From: Phoronis australis
Lineage: Eukaryota > Animalia > Phoronida
DNA length: 64,000 bases
Direction of reading: 5' to 3'
Assembly: GCA_002633005.1 (NCBI GenBank)
Contig: NMRA01000007.1
Location: forward strand, 1,068,362-1,132,361
The notes below the pieces were generated by a model. It saw nothing but the letters and a program-made list of their open reading frames with translations, was not told the origin of the DNA and ran no database searches. Both the position numbers and the translations under genes were made by a program. Positions 61,286 to 64,000 of this stretch are shown piece after piece. Position 1 is the stretch's first letter. Each line of letters begins with the position of its first letter.

Positions 61286-64000
61286 CTGTTAAAACGATAC
61301 AAAGGCGTGTTTCAATGCATGAAATCTAAGATGCCACAAAATGTTAACAGGACACTCAAAATATGAAAACCCGAGAATGGTTTTAATGGCAACTAATGGT
61401 GTGTGTTTTTCGTATTTCAGAAATCCCAAACTTTCCTTTGCAAGGCATAGAAGTTAGGGAAACTGTCAGGTGGCTATTACTGCAGCAAAACGAGGATCGG
61501 ATTTTTCAGCCTCTGCACAGCTGATTCTCATACAGCCTACGTATGCTCAAGAGAACGAGCATTTCTCATTCAACTACTGGACCCTACGTTTAAATCGAAC
61601 ACAATTTCCATTCTAAAAATCATAGTAATGGTTGTTTTAATTGTTCTCCTTCTTGGCGTTTGTGGAAAAATCCTCCATAACTGAGCTGGAACTGCAGGAC
61701 CGGTTGCGTTTGGAGCGAGAATTGGAAACTTGTTGACGATCTTTGCGCATGCAACGAGAGTCAACTGTGGCACCCAAAAGAAACTTACTCACATTTTAAA
61801 TTTTTTGGTTTATTAACAAAAATATTGAAACAGGATTAAAGTACTCCCTGTACGTTACACCCCAGTTGCGGCAATAATTTTTGTCTGAGATGCGTATTTA
61901 TACAGCTTCATAAGGTGCTTAGCAAAGTGACCGCCAGTCGGTTTCTTAAGCACGCGGGTTGTATGCGTGTCGGCTTTGATGAAGAATAAAACAGAAAGTG
62001 AGAGAAGAAGAATATATTAGAATTCCTCATTGGTTCTCAAACTATTTCAAAAGGTGTTTAGCGAGTGTACAGGATATTAATGGCTATATTTATCATAATG
62101 TTTACATGAGCCGGCTAGGTGCCGTTGACAGTAATATATCAAAATCTTAACTTAAACAGTTCCTTGCCAAAGTCGAGCAGTCTAATTAACAGCGTTTTGC
62201 CCGATTTTGCCGACTTACCTGATTTTCAAGAACGGATAATTAGATTTGTTGTATCCACTTCCATATATAGTGCTTTTGTCCGCACCTGGTGGACGCTTAC
62301 CTCTCTCCGGTGCCAGCTGTTTGATAAAGAGAATATTAACATTACAGAATGTTAAACTAGCGCTTTCATTGCATTTTCTGCGCTTTCATTGCATTTTCTA
62401 CCAATCGTGATCCAAATTAACAAAACTGAACGAAAGCGTTCTTAATGTGACAGGGTCGTTATAAACATTCACTCCAGTTGGAATTCAGAAGTAGGCTTCG
62501 GTGAGAGATCAAATTTTTTAAAGGGTGGCCAGCTCTTTGACTTTCTCGAGGGTCTTTTTTGTCTTGTCCTGGACGGGAAAATTTTAAAATCGATTTTGTA
62601 GGAATGAATAACCAAGATTTGATTTTGATTTATCAAAGAGCTAAGTAAGTGGAAGTGAGTCAATGCGCATGAGTACCCTACCTACAACTGCGTTCTTTAG
62701 ACGCAAAAAGCTCGCGAAAAGCAAGTTCACGCAAGACCGCGCGAGTTATAATCAATATTTTCGCGAGTACCCTGGGACATTCCCGGTGTACACCAGCAAA
62801 AAAGCGACCACTCAGGTGACTGATCGACGAAGTTGAAATGTTAAATTTAATTTCTGTTCCATAAAAAAAAATTTCGGCCGAAAGCGCAGCGCGATTGTCT
62901 TGGGTCTACGGAAGGGAATTGCAGGCGACTTACAGATTCCAACCAATTTCAATTCAAACAACCGGGTAATGATGCATCGTCGTTGCTTTGGAAAAGCAAA
63001 ATAATCATTCCATTAAAGAAAGATGTTTTTGACAGCAGTTTAGCGATTTACAGCGGCTGTGAACGAAACAAAAGCACCGAAAGCGTAAACCAATACCTCC
63101 TCGGCGATTTCTCGGATGTGGTGCGGTTCAAATCCACAGCACCCTCCTATGTATCGGACACCTGCATCGTATGCCTCACGTGCATACGTTCTTGCGTCCC
63201 ACCTTGTCATCAGTCGGGGCTCTAGAGCTTAAAAGCGAAAAAAGTCAGTTAGCGACTCCCTCAGCTCCGACGGTGAATATGTGTCTAAAATACCATAATA
63301 TTGAACCGGAGTTATTGTTACGCAAATTATCAAGATGTTAAATGGTTGTCAACATTTGTCAAATCTCCCGCTCACACGTGTTGCTCCTCCAAGAAGCGCC
63401 CGAAATTTCTTCTAGAAAGAACCTATGGTTAACCCGTTGAAAACACGTGTCACATAAATTGAGTACTCCTAAGTATTTTACATTCAAAATATTTACCGAA
63501 TGGGTATTCAGGCAGGTGCATGTAGCCAAAGGGTAGATTCTTAACTTCCGGCACGTGGAATCCGAGAGGTTGCGTCATGAGATAAGGACGTAAACCTGCC
63601 GCATCCAGGGCTTCCTTCATCAGCTTAATGGTACCCAGGGTAATTTTGTAGTCGTAGTGACAGTTAACACCGACGATGTCAGCGCCTTAACGAATGTAAT
63701 GAAAGTTATTGCGAGAATTCACAGTGAAAGCATAACGTTATCATTATGCTCCAAAACTGCCTACGCAACTTGCAAATAATAGGCAACAATTTCTTTAACA
63801 TATTTTACTTTCAATACACGACAAAACCAATGGCGCCTCTGAACTGTCAAGAGACATTTTTAGATTTACGGGAGACTATGTCTCGCTAAAGCGCAGTAAC
63901 ATCAAACTTTTATCGAGGTATCTCAATAAATTTTTGAGTTTGAATGACTTACAGTGGATACAAATCCATGTTTCATTCAAAACGCGAACTTCTGATTGAT

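Noticed and set aside
63520-63640. Deu/Nin-domain SINE fragment (gagataaggacgtaaacc)
   Set aside because: The resemblance is too short and there are no clear pol III boxes.

Overview
This is AT-rich eukaryotic (invertebrate-animal-like) genomic DNA, not prokaryotic; most short ORFs in the track are spurious. Host genes: (1) a complete 11-coding-exon eIF4A3 (exon junction complex DEAD-box helicase) on the minus strand, 12872->568, 399 aa, all introns GT-AG with consistent phases; (2) two paralogous intronless GT31 beta-1,3-glycosyltransferases (brainiac/B3GalT-like) on the minus strand; (3) possibly the last exon of another minus-strand gene near 61.2 kb. The rest is a dense transposon landscape. 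It includes a decayed L1/Tx1 LINE split by a second LINE, a Polinton/Maverick pPolB relic with a probable terminus split by a solo LTR, two hAT relics with their MITE derivatives, Kolobok-like and Harbinger-like MITEs, Helentron/DINE-like repeats rich in CTCF-like motifs, a tRNA-derived SINE head and a THAP relic. The best leads are candidate stop-containing (poison) cassette exons in eIF4A3 introns, which would fit EJC/NMD autoregulation, a ~315-bp-arm foldback in eIF4A3 intron 1, an intronic 7x AATAAA array, and a hAT element with a 5-bp TSD 125 bp upstream of the eIF4A3 ATG. These are hypotheses read from sequence alone; I cannot demonstrate a novel system. All family assignments are from recalled motifs, not database searches.
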